Shown here: one piece after another, positions 1-54,331 of the stretch
Position numbering within the stretch: the first letter of the stretch is position 1
How the letters are laid out: each line of letters begins with the position of its first letter
Origin: Raillietiella orientalis
Lineage: Eukaryota
Length of the DNA: 64,000 nucleotides
Direction: 5' to 3'
Assembly (NCBI GenBank): GCA_036172245.1
Contig: JAYWIR010000010.1
Span: 3,720,001-3,784,000, forward strand
Program-made: the position numbers and the translations under genes
The notes under the pieces: generated by a model
Database searches by the model: none
What the model saw: the letters and a program-made list of their open reading frames with translations, nothing else
What the model was told of the DNA's origin: nothing

Positions 1-1299
1 GCGGAAGTAGGAAAGCAAACATGGAGGTATGGACCTCCATTTGGTCTTCAAAGGATTCCAAATTAAAGAAGCAATTTACCGAATAAAAGGTCAGACGTCA
101 TTATGCAGTTGCCATAATAGATCTTTCCAGTGTGGTAATGTGGCCATGTCGTGACCATCTACCCAAACCGTCATGATATGGCATGACTTTTCATGCAGAG
201 TCGGAATGTCAATCGAAAATTTAAACCATGTGGGTAAATTGAGATAGCAATGAATCCGTTTACCTTGCAGGATGTGATCAAAATCCAAAGACTTTGACTT
301 CAGAACACGTGAACTGTTGATTGACGTCATTATGGGAGCGTTCGTTGCGGTTCATCTGGGATCGTGGGGTCGGGAGACAGACGGAGCGATTCGGGGAAGA
401 CAGGCGGAAGACGTCAAAAAAAGGTGGGTGTTCGAACATCCAGCATTCTTGAGGATTATCCAAGCGGAAGCGTCAAACACGTTTCCTCCCGCGCTGAAAA
501 CCGCAACCCCATCACCAGGCCGAGTTCAAAAGAACAGATGGAATGAAAAAATGCTAGTGGTTTCTCCCCTTCCTTCCTTCGCTTTCTCTATCTCCTTCCT
601 CCCCTTTCTTATCCTGGAGCGCGTCCAATAGCTTTCAGGTTTGCGACTACGTACAAGTTACTGATCCCTTTTTTCTCCCAGATGCAAGAGTGAATTCACC
701 GCCAATTACGAGCAAGAGGACTGCGTTCCACCATCCAACCAAACTCGAATGCGCGCGCCTGCGGTAAATCTCTTCGGCGTGCATGCAAAAAGAGCTGGCA
801 AGCGAAGGATCTCTTCCAAACCTCCTCGAGCCATTCCTGAGGAGCTCCTGGTCATCCACGGCACGTCTAAGGAACAAGCTTTCCCGCACTCCCAAGTCAC
901 GAGGGAAGGCAGGGCCAGTTTGCAGCACGACCTCGAGAGTCTCGAAGGAGATGAAACGGAAAACCGTGTGGTCTCCAACCCTCTGCGATTGATGGAAGAG
1001 CGTTTGGTAAAGAATTCCTGGAAGAGAGAAATTCCCGGAAAGAGAAATCCCTGGAACAAGCAGGCACCTCTCCGGGGTCCTCTTCGCGATGCAGGAAACG
1101 ATCGCTCGCTTTGCTTTCCCATTTTCCTGAAACCGCTTCCGCTTCTGCACAGAGCAGGGCATGGGGTGGAATCAGGGATGCACGCACGGCAGTCCTGCAG
1201 CCGACAGAAGTGCTCGACTGGAAATTCCCAAAGTCCGAAATCCAGGTAAAATCCTGGAATTCGCACCCGAGACCGCTAAGCGACAAAATCGAGCAAAGA

Positions 1300-2110
1300 C
1301 TGTGACCACAAGGGGTTGCGGGTTGTGTGCATGGCGCGAAAACGCTCTTCTCTCCTCCTCGTCTTGCGCTGCACGCTGCAAACCACTTCCGTCTTCAGCT
1401 GGGAACGTTCAAGAAAGAGGAACGGAGGTTCCCGAAGGACAGCTCATCGCAACGTGTGCCAACCACCAGGGACACCAGCGAATGCGTAGGTGTAGACGAA
1501 CCGATCAGACGGACGCCTCGCCCTGCCCAACTTGCTCGAAAACTCCGCGACGGATAAGTGCTCCCAGCTGCCGACTTGTCGGCAACGCAGGAACTATCCC
1601 GTAGGTAGGGAAAGGTAGGGAAAAGAACGCAAGCATGACCGCCGGACGAAGACTTGGCTGAACGCGGACCGCTCGGTTCACGGGGGAATGAAGTGGGCAG
1701 CGGCATGCAAAGTGGCCGCACGAGGAGAAGGCGAGCATCCGGAAGAAGGGAGATGAAAGGGACATTTGGAAAAGAAGTAGCTCAACCGACATCGGAAGCT
1801 GCACGATGGACGCGCACGACGGAAAGAAAATCACCTCAAGTTTGGGAACAACGAGGTGCAGGGAGAGGGTGTTTTCGGAAACATCCGGATCGCGGGGAGC
1901 TGCGTTGGCAGCGGCGGACATCTTCTATTTGGAGATCATCCATCGATCCGTGCAGCACGGCACGACCTGCTGCTTGTGCGGGTATCGCCAGAGAAGAAGG
2001 CGCTCAAGGTGGAAGGCAGCTCCTCAACCGGCCGCGCTGTAGTCGGAGCATCGTGCCGGAGGGGCACGAAGAGTTGGCGATCCGGAGGAAGAAGCCTATC
2101 TTGAAAGGCC
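1300..2110 (+). mobile_element. Possible decayed R2/NeSL-like element pieces
   Basis: Frameshifted C2H2-like CGLC...LALHAANH and CPTC, then QGEGVF...GGHLLFGDHPSIRAARHDLLLV, similar to the QG...FIHRARL.LLP block at 63460-63570. Confidence 0.35.
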
Positions 2111-3006
2111 GAGGGTTGATGGCCGGACGCATTTCGGGAAGCTGAAGACGGAAGTGGAGCTACGGGACCAAGTGAAAGGACTCGTTCTGATGGCGCCGCT
2201 CGTCTCCACAACAGCATGGGAAGCGTCGCGACGAGAAAAGCAGAGAGAGAGCAAGTGTCGGGAAGTGACTCTCCGCTTCGCCTGCGAAGGAGCGCGCGCC
2301 GCCTTGACAACAGTCAGGGCAGGATCTCAGGCAATGAGAGAAATTCGAGGAATGAGGAAACTGAAGGAATTTGGATGACCGTTTTTTGGTGGGAACTCAT
2401 CAAGAGAGGAATGGTGCGTGTTCAAACATACAGCGTTGCCGGGATGTGCATTGAAGGTTTGACATCCGCAATGGGGGTCGCCATCCAAATGCATAGGGAA
2501 ATGGAAGGGAAGAGACATTAGTGGTTCTGCTTGCAAGGCATCACCGTCCAAGTGCTCTGAACTCATTCCACGCACAAGGAACTTAAAAAAAAGTTCGCGA
2601 TGAATTTTCGGCTCCGTTGTGTGCACGGAAATTTAGTCGGGGTCGTGCTGACATGAAATAGCGGGCATCTCTTGCGGCTTCCCGGCCATTTGCTCGTCTA
2701 TTAATCACCGGTTAGCTCTCGCCCCTTGCTGAGCATTGTGACTGATTCGGTATGAGCAGTGGTCCCAGCTAGACGCTCAGCTGAGGCCTCATTCCGATTT
2801 CCCTTGGATGCTTCCCAGCTTGTGAAATCCTTCACCACAGCTCGGGAGAAACTCCCGAGCCGTAGTCAAGAATTCAGAGGGCAGGTCACCGAAGGACGTC
2901 TGGGATGTACAGTTCTCGTTGGTGAGAAATATTTCCACTCTCGAATGGAGGGAGGACTCCAACGTTTGACCTGGTGACAATCGCAGGGTTTCTGTAGGAG
3001 GAGAGT

Positions 3007-4137
3007 GAAGGGGAAGGACAGCAGTCACTTCTCAACTGCACTCGAGCACCATTAATTATATGCAGGGGTGCACAGGAATAAGATGATGCCTGAGCAGACA
3101 AGCGCGACAGGTTGCATTTCCAGGTTGCCATCCTGCTGCCATCCCAGCAAACCTCCGACGCGGATGGAGCAGTTCAAAAACCTGTACGACGAGTCTCTCC
3201 TTCTGCTTGCTTCTTGAGATGGCGGTGATGGATTCAGGATTGGCATTTTTTTTCCTCCAGTCGGCAGCATAGAATGATGCTTCGTCATTATCCAATGCAG
3301 CCGACTGACCGCTGCTGATCTGGAGTTCTCGAGAAGCAATCGATGGCCGGTAGGTGTCTCACTACTGGTGAGAGAAACTCGAGCGTGAAGGCTTCGGGGC
3401 GGAGCACCAGACGCGGGCGAGCGAGGAGTGCGGTCGAGAGCCGGTACGATGTGCGGGGACTGCACTCCAGTCAGTTCTCGATGCTCGCAGCTTCCGTCCT
3501 CCTGGACGTCGAGATTTCTAGCACCCACCACTATCCGGATTTCCTCCGACATCTGGCACTCGTCAATAGGCAGACTTCGGTCCTAGATGCTCCTCCGAGC
3601 CCTCCGTACAAGTTTGAGGTGAGGAGACAGTGGTAAGAACGAACCACGAATGCTAGGACACGTCGAAAGGACTCATCATCTGCAGTAGGATTGCTGTATC
3701 AGGGTCATGAATAAAGGAGGGAATCAAGTGCAAAGATGGAAAAAAAAAAAGCGTATAAACCGTTTTCTCGTGCGCAAGGGGCGTTCAGATCTTTGATGGG
3801 AAGATCTCCCCCTCGGGCGACGAAGGGAACATCATTGAAAATTCCGTGACCGCCTCTTAGAACTTTCTGAATCCATCACGGCTGATTGGCATGAGGAGTG
3901 TTGCAATAAAAAAAAAAGTGCCGATCCTGAATCCAGCACCACCATCTGAAGAAGCAGGCAGAATGAGAAAACGTGCCGGTTTTCGGGCTGCTCCATCCGC
4001 GTCGGAGGTTTGCTGGGATGACAACCAGGAAATGTTCGCACTTGTCTTCTCAGGCACCACCTTGTTCCCTTGCACCCTCGCATGTAATTAATGGCACTTC
4101 AATGCAGCTGGGGAAATGAGACTGGTGCCTTTCCTTC
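3007..4137. repeat. Long inverted repeat, arms about 3007-3255 and 3905-4137
   Basis: Arms align as reverse complements, including a perfect 33-bp match 3140-3172 / 3988-4020; spacer about 650 bp. Confidence 0.9.
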
Positions 4138-5849
4138 TGTACGCCTCTTGAGCATGCGTGGTGTGCATCGAGGCAGAGTCTTCCTGCCCTGAAGGCTGAG
4201 TCGCAGTCAGTGGCCTGAACTTCGCAGAGCTTAAAGTATCGCTTGTCGGTAGGGAACAAGGGAAGACAAAACCTTCCGAAGCAGTTTCTTGGAATCATCT
4301 TGGAGATGCATCGCGTGACTCTGAGATTGGTTTGCTCCTCCAAGAATCCTAACTGCTTGAAACGGAAGCAGACTTCAGTTGCAAAGATCGCATAGCACTG
4401 GAGAAATGAAAGGGAAGAAAGAAAAATGGGCAAAAGATTTCTTGTGTTTTTTTCATAAATGCCAAGACTTCAGTGGTTCTTAGCAGGTCGGACCATGGTA
4501 ACGAATGAGAGGTGCACCGAATAGCCCTTTGAAAGACATGAGACAACAACGATGTAAAGTTCATGTGATCCAAGTGGGAACACATGGTTCTTGCTTCCTG
4601 TCTTTATCGTGCAACTCTCGACTATTGTAAAGCAAGGAAGAAGGACCAAAACAGCTACCGGACTGGTGGTAGTTGAGATGCACTCCCACCTACCACCGCC
4701 GTTTATTTCGATGCTCAACGTAAGTCCAAGGTTGATGATGAGAAGTGGTTGACGAAGAATCCGCCAAAGCCTTCCAGATGAAGAAAAGAAAAATTTCCTC
4801 CGTTTCTTTCTGTTTTTTTTTTTCGGACACAAAGAAACCGGCCCGGATGCAGAAGGCAGAAAGAACAGCGGAGATCACAGAGAAAGCCCATTGTTGCTAT
4901 GGAGATTGGAAGAAATGGTAAAAGTTAATCGTCTCGCTCCCTTATTTTTCCTTGGTGCCCAAACATTGGAATTGATCCCTTTTTTTTTCTAAAGGGATGC
5001 TCACAGTGGCTTGCGATTGGTGTGAGGGCTGACGACAACCAAACGCAGCCACGTGTGCGCGTTCTCGGGGGGTCTCGTCGTTCCTCCTGGCTCCCTTTTC
5101 GGCCGCGGCTCCTGCCTTCACGGAGAAAGCGCAAGCACGTTCCCATCCGGGCCTCCGTGCACACCTCCTGATCGCTACTTCCCGTTTCCAGCAATGTGCG
5201 CTGCCGTCGCCCAGCTGCCTTCGATGTTGCCTTCTTTACCGCGCCGGCACGGCCAAGGTAAAGAAGGCAGGCCACTTCCGAACGGTCGAGTTGCGCTTCG
5301 GGACGAGCCTTCGACCAAGCTTCTCGGGATGTCGTCTTCCGCCGTCTCTGGAGTGTGTCTTGTCCTCCATACGCAATCCCGGTCCTTGTTGCGCGTGGCG
5401 AAGCTGAAGAGGCGCATTTCGAGGAATTCCGCTTCTCTACGGGCCGAGCAGAGAATTCCTCTCTCGTGTCCCGGGACCAGGGCCTCGCTTTTACTCAACA
5501 CGGAGGTTTCCCCCCGTTTGTGGTAAAATGAGGTGAGGTTGTCCTGGCTCTCCGATGGTCAGCTCGATGCCTGTGTCCGATGACGGCAGGTTTTGTACTA
5601 TCGGTCTCTGTTCCCCGCCGTCAGCACCTTGGTGGTTAGTTCGAGATGGTTGGTGGCCATGCTTCCAGTCTGTTTGCTGAACATTCTGTCCCTCTGGTCT
5701 CCTTGAGCCACCAGCAACCCTCTGAACTCATCAAATCAATTTGCCTTGCTCTTCCTCTATTACGTTCTTAGCATCCAGAATGCAGCAGGAAACTGAGTCG
5801 GGATAACAAAGTTATCTCATATTAAAGATCGGAAAATTCGGTTCTGTTG

Positions 5850-6200
5850 ACCACTCGTGAATTGTCCTCTCCAGAAGAAATCGCAGCCAACGAGATTTTT
5901 ACAGTTTTTTGGCATTGCAAGACGTCGAAAGAAGACGACAATCTTAAGGGTGCTTTGGGTTTCCTCGAGGGCAACTCTTCTTGATGACTAAGAAAGTACA
6001 GATGCTGTTATATAGATGGTGTGAGCAAGGTTTACATCAGCAGCAATGAATGCATGACGGCCCTGAAACTCCGAAGACGACAGATACTCGAATACTCCGA
6101 GGATGCCTGAGACACAGCCTTGCTGAAGGATCTCCGGGACATGAGGAGACGGGACCTTTCCCTTAGACACAGCACCTCCTTCCCTCATCTTCACTCAAAA
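5850..6200 (-). mobile_element. Decayed non-LTR reverse transcriptase fragment
   Basis: LQQGCVSGILGVFE...HAFIAADVNLA resembles the QGCPLSGILF and AFADD motifs at plausible spacing. Confidence 0.4.
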
Positions 6201-6992
6201 TGCGTCGGGTACATATCGGGTGGGATTGCGCGATCCCTCCAATTTGCCTCCTTGAAGGAGCATCCGTGACGAATAAAGCTTTATGACGTGTGATCCGTGT
6301 CACAGGCGGAGTCGTTCGTGGTGGCTTTCAAATCCACTTCCTTGCAGCCCTTGTAGGTTCATTGCACGCTACGCTATGTATCTGTCGTTGTGCAGGTCAG
6401 AGTTACCCACTACTGTATGCAACCTGCGTTCTGTGCGAACTGTCTTCTGCAAGGCGCGTCGCTTTTTCCGGGTTGGTCCAGCTCCTTCATTCGGCTGACG
6501 TCCCAGAGGATGAGCATCATACATGCTTCTGCTATGCCCAGTATCACAGGACAACGCTCTGCCACTGTTTTGGTCGGTCCTTGTACAAGGGAGCCGCCTC
6601 GCAGTAGTCGCTCGTATCCTCTGATGTGCCCCTCCCCCTGAAAGCCGTGGCCGATTTCTCTAGGATGACCATCCGGTCTTTCTTATGAAAATGCCGGTCC
6701 GTTCAAAGTTTTCATCCAGATCTCGAGATGGATTGCCATCTCAGAAAGAAGGGATTTCGTTCTCAGCTATTGGAGTGATAAATTTTCCTGGCGACTGGTC
6801 GACGGTCCAGTTGACCGACATGGAAACCCCCAGTATCCGCAATGGACGACTGCCTTGATATGGACTAGCCTCCGCAGACTCCACTTGCAGACTAAGGGAT
6901 CCAATTGAGGGAGCAACTCCGTGCTGACCTCTCAGGTAGCAGCATGCGACATTGCCCTTTGTGAACCGGGGTTTCCAGTGCAACGAGAGCGG

Positions 6993-7490
6993 GCGCTGCC
7001 TAGAGAGGGAACAGCACATCCCCGAAGTAGTCCAGGTGTGCGAAAGCGGAAACGTTCCCTCAAGTCCTGGGGGACTGCAGAGCCCTTCGCAGCAGTCGGC
7101 AACGCTTCTTAAGGAGCGGCAGCATCAGCAAGAAACCGGTCCTCTTCTGATACGCGAACGCCTTCGTCCCTAACTGTGCCGTCCCTTCAGGCCGACACAG
7201 CCTACGGGCTCCTGCAGCCTTCCGAATAGCCTGGACTCATCATCGGGAACGTGTCAGGTCGTGGGAAGAGTTGCCTTCTTGCAGGTCTGTCAGGGTCCCG
7301 GCTGAAGACGTTGCTTGACCTGTCGCCTCGTTGGGGAACGTCAGGGGAGGCAAAGGCACTTCTGACCCTCGCGCTGTCTGGAGAGGGAGCAGCGCATTCC
7401 AGAAGTGCGTCGGGTCTGCGGAAGCGGGACGTGAGGGAGCGTTCCCTCAAGTCCTAGAGGAGACTGCAGTGCTCTTCGCAGCAGTCGGCA
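6993..7490. repeat. Diverged direct repeat (6993-7101 and 7371-7490)
   Basis: Shared GAGAGGGA.CAGC.CAT, CGTTCCCTCAAGTCCT and CTTCGCAGCAGTCGGCA blocks. Confidence 0.85.
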
Positions 7491-9654
7491 GGCAGAAGAC
7501 TCGTCCGAAGAGTTGCTCCATCCGCGACGGACTTTCTCCTGCCTCCCCGATCGCCCCGAGCCATGCGAGCTACGGAGCTGCGCCAGCATCGGCGAAGGAC
7601 ACACGCTCCCGTGACGTCGGAACGGTCCATCCGCAGGATAGGAAAGGGGAGGGGGCGAAGGAGGGCGGCGCAATCATCATCTCCTATCCCTCCCTCATTT
7701 CCCACTTTTGTTCTTTGTTTTCTACTTTACCGCCTCGGTTCGACTGCTTCGGTCTTTTTCCCGCAGCCGGGTCGGCAGGTCGTCCCTTCTCGAGCCACCA
7801 GAGTCCCTCGGAAAAAGTTTCTGGCTTTCCTGTCGATTTTCTCGAGGAGGGAACGGCTGGCGTAAGCTCATCCCGGATTTCGAGGCCGTTTATTCAGCGT
7901 GAATAAATGAAATGTTACCATAAGTGCGGGGCCAAGATGTGCCGGCCAAAGGGACCGGCCCTCGCTGAGGCAACTAGAAGGGGATGAACTTGGGAACGGG
8001 ATGGACCGGTCTCGCGGCACTGAAGAAGGTTTCCGCGAGGATGTGCCTGACAGGGAGGGGATAAAAGGGTCACGCGTTCACCCGTGTGCCTCACTTTTCG
8101 GACAAATCCGTTCCACCGCATCAGGCATTCAAGCAAACGGCTCCCCGGGACGACGGCCAAGTTCCTTCCTCCATCTTGGGAGGTAACCGCCGCTCACACC
8201 CGGCTGAGAGGGCGCTGCGTCGAAGAGGAAGCTCGTGGGACCGGAGAAGGGAGCATTTCTTGGAACGGGTCCAGAAGGGCAGCAGTGTTGCGGAAGTGAA
8301 GCGCCTCAGCGATGTTCCTGACGCAGCCTCTAGAGCACTCCGGCATCGCGTGGAGCGGTGTCCCCGCTGTCCCTCAGTGGGTGCACTCCTTGGGCACTCC
8401 CCCGCCGGGCGCGCCTACGTCCCTCGTTTCGAGAAGAGCCCAGCGCACCAGCAGCGTGGCGGCGGTCTGCTACGTGACGACGAGAAAGGAGGGAGCTGTC
8501 GACTGGGAAGGTCGGGACCTGGAAGTTCTCGCGGGGATTCAAGGGAACTGGATCCGCCCTGGAGGACACTAAGGGGCGTGGCTTCGTTCTCCAGCCGAGA
8601 CGCCTCTCATTGTGCAACGAGCGTCCACCTCTTCCCGTCGATGCAGCAGGGGACGCATGGTCTCCTGCGTGGTCTCGCACCGAGCATGGAAAGCAGGAGA
8701 GCATCGTCGAGGATCCTCCCGCTGGATAGGCCTCCGAGCGTTCGACGGCGCAGTCGTTGGTGACGTTCCAACTTTCCAGGAGACCCCTCGTTTCGAAATA
8801 TTCCAGCTGCCAGGCACCCCTGCTAAGCGGGCGGCAGGATATCTGCTTGCGCTCCCTTAGATGCAGAGCAATCGCGGCGAACCGGTGGCGTCGACCTCCT
8901 CGCCTGCGGCTGCGTGGGAAGAGGTTGTGGACGCGAGTCCTTCCTCCCGTCGTGACGAGGTGACAACGCCCCATGTCCCATGCTCCTAGGTGGCTGACTG
9001 CAAGTCTCGCTTCCGACACAGGTTCGCGGCGTCGGCCTTCCCCTGTGTTCCTAGGTGGAACGACCACCCCTTCTCCCCTTTCTCTGCTCTCCATTGCCTG
9101 ACCACTGCGCCTTCGTTCTTAAAAGGGCGTCTCAAATGCCAACGAAGCACCCGCCAGCCTCTGCCAGAAGCGCGACCATCCGGAATCTGGCGGACGCGAA
9201 GGCACGGAGGATCAGATCTCGACATTCACTTGTTTTCGTCCACAGACACGCACCCATGTGCTCGCTTGAAAAAAAGAAAAGTGTCCCTGGTTTGAAAAGG
9301 CCTATGACGGCTATTCACTTCAGCATGCGGAGGAACTCCTGCTGGTGCGAAGAAGCAAGAAACTCCAGAAGGAGGACAGCAGCAACGGATGCAGCCACGA
9401 ACACCAGTGTCAGCCAAGTTTGCCGTAGGCCATGCGCGTAGCAGAAGTTTCGAAAGCTGCTGAGAAAGAGACAGGAAGGAAGGCGAGGCTGAAGTGCGAT
9501 TAGCAGTGCCGGTGCTTCCTGTGATCCCTCGAGCAAAGTCTCCCCAGCGTTTCCTGACTTGGACAAGGTCAGGTTAGTCGAAGGCAGCGCTCACAAAAAA
9601 AAAAAGAAAGAAAGAAAAGAAAAGAAGTGGAACCATGGAATTTACGAAAAATAT

Positions 9655-9660
9655 TTTATT
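9655..9660 (-). promoter_or_regulatory. Candidate polyadenylation signal of the PKC delta gene
   Basis: AATAAA on the minus strand about 230 nt after the stop, followed by a T-rich tract (about 9595-9625) like a downstream element. Confidence 0.6.
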
Positions 9661-9890
9661 GTCCCGGAATGAGATGAGATATAAATATAGTCTTCACGAG
9701 GGAAAATACTATTCTCCAGAAAAGACAAAAAAAAAAAGAGCATTTTTGGAATCGTTGGAAATCAGAGACAGGACTCTCGAGCAATTTCCTTTTTTTTTTT
9801 TTTTTGAATCGTGTGGAAGCACGGGCAGCATCTTTGCGGAACCGTCATCGGAGAGAACGCTTGTCGAAGATGTACGTTGCTCAGAGGCAT

Positions 9891-50856
<40,966 letters not shown>

Positions 50857-53800
50857 CTTCGGGCGCGAGGCGATCACTAGAACACTGCGGCACTTGACAC
50901 TGTCCACATTGTCCGACAGAGGAGAACGCCGTGTGTGCTTCCTCGATCCAGATCCGAGTCGCGATCCGACATTAAGCCAACAAGGAGAGCTAGCGATATC
51001 ATCCCACGTTCGGGAGCAGCAGAATCGAATAGGGTAGTTTAAATAAGAAGAGGGAAACGTATGTGCTGGTAAGGTTTAATGTCTTTTAATAAGTTTGCCG
51101 TTGTCACACGAATAGCACGCGCAGAACGCGTTACAGGAAACTGCTACGAATTTTTACTGTTAGCTAAAAATAGGCAGAGTGACAGGAAACGAGGAAGAAA
51201 ACCCCATCCCGTTTGGTTTGCAGGGATCGCAGCTCCAGCCAATGTGAGATCCAATCTCGTTCCTGCACGTTCGCGTGGCACGTCTCGAAAGGAGCCCGGG
51301 CGGATGGCCTGCAGGAGGCACCACGCAGCATCCCATCGCCTGGAGTGGGATGTACCAAAAGGGTGCATTGCCGTGTCGCTTCAGTCCCTGGTCCTGCAGA
51401 TCCAAGTGGACCATTCCAGAATTCTGGGATCCCGTTTGCCGGAACAGCCAATTTCGTTTCCGGAACGCACCGAAAATAATTCCTAAAAAGAATATATGGA
51501 AAAGTGGGCTTCGTCCTGTAGTAACAAGCAGTAGGAACAAAGGAATACCCTGGAATCAATTCTCTCCCAATCAATGCAGCAATCGGCAAGGGAACAAATC
51601 TGCTCCAGAAAGGCACAAAAGGAAGGCCCATCCGACAAATCCAAACGGAGCGAGGAAATTTTTTTTCTTTTTTTCCCCTATCTTCAAGTAGCAGGCGAAT
51701 GCGCAGGAGGATGAAGATGAAATCTCGGTCAGTGTAAATCCAAGGCACAATTCTTACTCGGATACGTTGAAACATCTCGTGTTCCTTCCGCGAAACATTA
51801 AATAGAAAACATTTGAAACGGATCCAGAGAACAGCTCATACTTCTGCTCCGAAACATATAACAAGCAGCCAATTCCAGGAATCCTTCTTCCCTCGTTGCG
51901 CTTCTCTACCAGGGAAGAACCACCGTGCTTTTGAGAACTCGCAGGAACTGGAGGAAGAGAAAGGGAAAAAAACAGAAAAAAACCTTTTTTTTTTTTTTTT
52001 CCTCGAAAAAGCTTAAAGATGAGCTTTATTCGCGCACACTGCACGTCAATGAACTTACGACCGAAGAACGGCTGCTGATTCGCCGTGGCTTTTCCGATCT
52101 TCTAAAGTGACGGAGTATCCGAAAAATGCCTGAAACTGAGCAGTAACTTGCTGTTTAAGAAGAATCGAAGGAGCAGGAAGTACCTATTTGTGCCTCCACG
52201 CCACGTGCTCTAGCTCTCCGCAGCTAACCCGGTCCAAGGACTCATAAGACCAATCACCTATTTGACGCTTTTCTTGTTTTTCACCGGACTTTATCGTTAT
52301 GAAATGAACTTCTCATTCCCTCTCCTCCTCTCCCTCTGCTGCCGCTATTCCAGAAATTCAAGGTTCAGGAATTACTGAAATGTTTTCCTTTTGTGTGTGT
52401 GTGTGTATGTCTCTTATTTGTTTGCTGCGTTTGCTTTGCCTCATCGGCACACACCGAGCATCATGATGCTCTCTGTTTTCATAGCATCTCTTCGCATTTA
52501 GCTCGAAGACAGTCTTTGGGCGAGCAGCCCCCAAAAAGTGACGCAAGTGACGCGCACCGTCCTCAGTCGGAAGTCGCCGATCGAGTTCTGGAACATGGAA
52601 TGAATGCGAAAGAAAACCAATGTTCCAAAAACCTGGAAGCACCAAGAAATGGGCGCTGTTCGCTTCGTCGTTCATAGGGGAAACGACTCGTTTCATGCGT
52701 TCAACGAGGTGCCTGCCATTGCAAAGGGACCTACCGGAGCATCCTTGCTTGAAATAACAGTGGAGGGCCCATCTGAAAACTACACTCGCGAAGACAGCCT
52801 GCAATGAGAATCGGTTTGCTGCCTTCTCCTGCATTCTGATGTGAATCTCTGGGCGTGTTTCAGCTGTGTGCCCCGTTCAGAAGTGGTAAATAAGTGAATG
52901 GCACCGTGCTGTCCCCATAAAAAGTATTTATACTTTTCTGGGAATAGCTTCAGCGTGCCCTTATTAAAATCTCTTCTATATTTTGCCTTGCCATGTTTCT
53001 ACGCAGAAACGCTCCATCGCTTGGTCCAAGTTTTCCTGCCTACGGGGCATTCGCTCATCGATGTCTTCTACAGAAGGAAAATTCCCTTTGTGGAAATGAT
53101 ATTCAGTTGGCCACCATCCATAGCATCTGACGGATATGAAACACAAATATATTTTTCGACGTCTGCAATCCAATTCCCCCGGGTAGATTAAGCGGAACGC
53201 CTCTACTTTGTAGAATGACGCCGTTACGATACACATGCACCAGTGACTCAACTTTGCAGTTGCGAAACATCTGCAGCCCAAACATCGTCTCAGCTAAAGG
53301 CCTTGGGTAGACCGTTAATGGATAGTCTCTCTTCTTGCGTAGCTGAGCGCCTGTTTTCAATGTTTGATTTACAAGAAAGTTGTAAATAAATGAAAGCTGC
53401 TGATGGAGAAATCCGATCGAAACTTCCCTTGGAGAAAATCAGGACGTGACCGCAGACACTTAGTCAGCGGAAAGCCCTGTCTTTATTCCGGTGCGTCTCG
53501 AAAGAGGTGAGAAAAGGGCGAAAATGGCTGCGGAAGTTCGGTTTCTACCGAAGGGCCCGGAGCTTTTTACTCGCGTTCTATCCAGCCGTCTTGACCTGTC
53601 AGACTTGAATGCTCCGTGTGGAGAAGAACTTTTCAGAGCGACAACTTGTTGACCTGAAATGGTTTCATCCAAGGCCCTCCAGTGAGGACTTCAGAACTGT
53701 GCTGCTGGAAAATCAAAGGATCCACTTTGCCAGACGTGGGGGCGAGATCGTGGGATGGGGAAGAAAGAGAAGAATCATCTGTCGTCGGTGTTGCCGTGTA

Positions 53801-54301
53801 AATGCCAGCTGAGAATTAATGGAAAAGAACTAAAGGGAAAGCAAGCAGCGCACCTTGTGCCACTGAAGAAGGAAAGTGCTCTTTCTCAGTCAGCACCGCT
53901 TCCCAAATGCAAGCACTGCCCTCGATGGGGAGGTACACAAACTCGGAGGGTACACAAGGAATGAAGCTGCCCCAAGCGGGACTCATTATCCTGACTTGCC
54001 TTAAGAGTTTCAGCAGGATGGCAGGGCAAAGTTGTTTGAACAACGATGCAAAAAATGGATCCGGAAGGCGCATCCTTCAGCAAAGACAACAACAGCTGTG
54101 TCCGGTCCGACATATCGCCTCCTGAGGACTCCGGCTTGCTTTCCACGAAGATGCCTTCCAGGAAGTACCTTCCCGAAGTTTTTCCCACGCGATTGCGGAG
54201 GTCAGAGCCAAGTAAGGAGAGGAGTGCTCAGAGAATCGATTCCATTCCGGGTGGGGGCGTACATGACGATAGCTCTCAAGTCGTACAGAGCTCTCGTTCT
54301 C

Positions 54302-54331
54302 ATCTCTCTCTCTCAGAGAGAGAGAGAGAGC
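54302..54331. repeat. (TC)n-(AG)n abutting microsatellite palindrome
   Basis: TCTCTCTCTCTCAGAGAGAGAGAGAGAG read directly. Confidence 0.85.
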
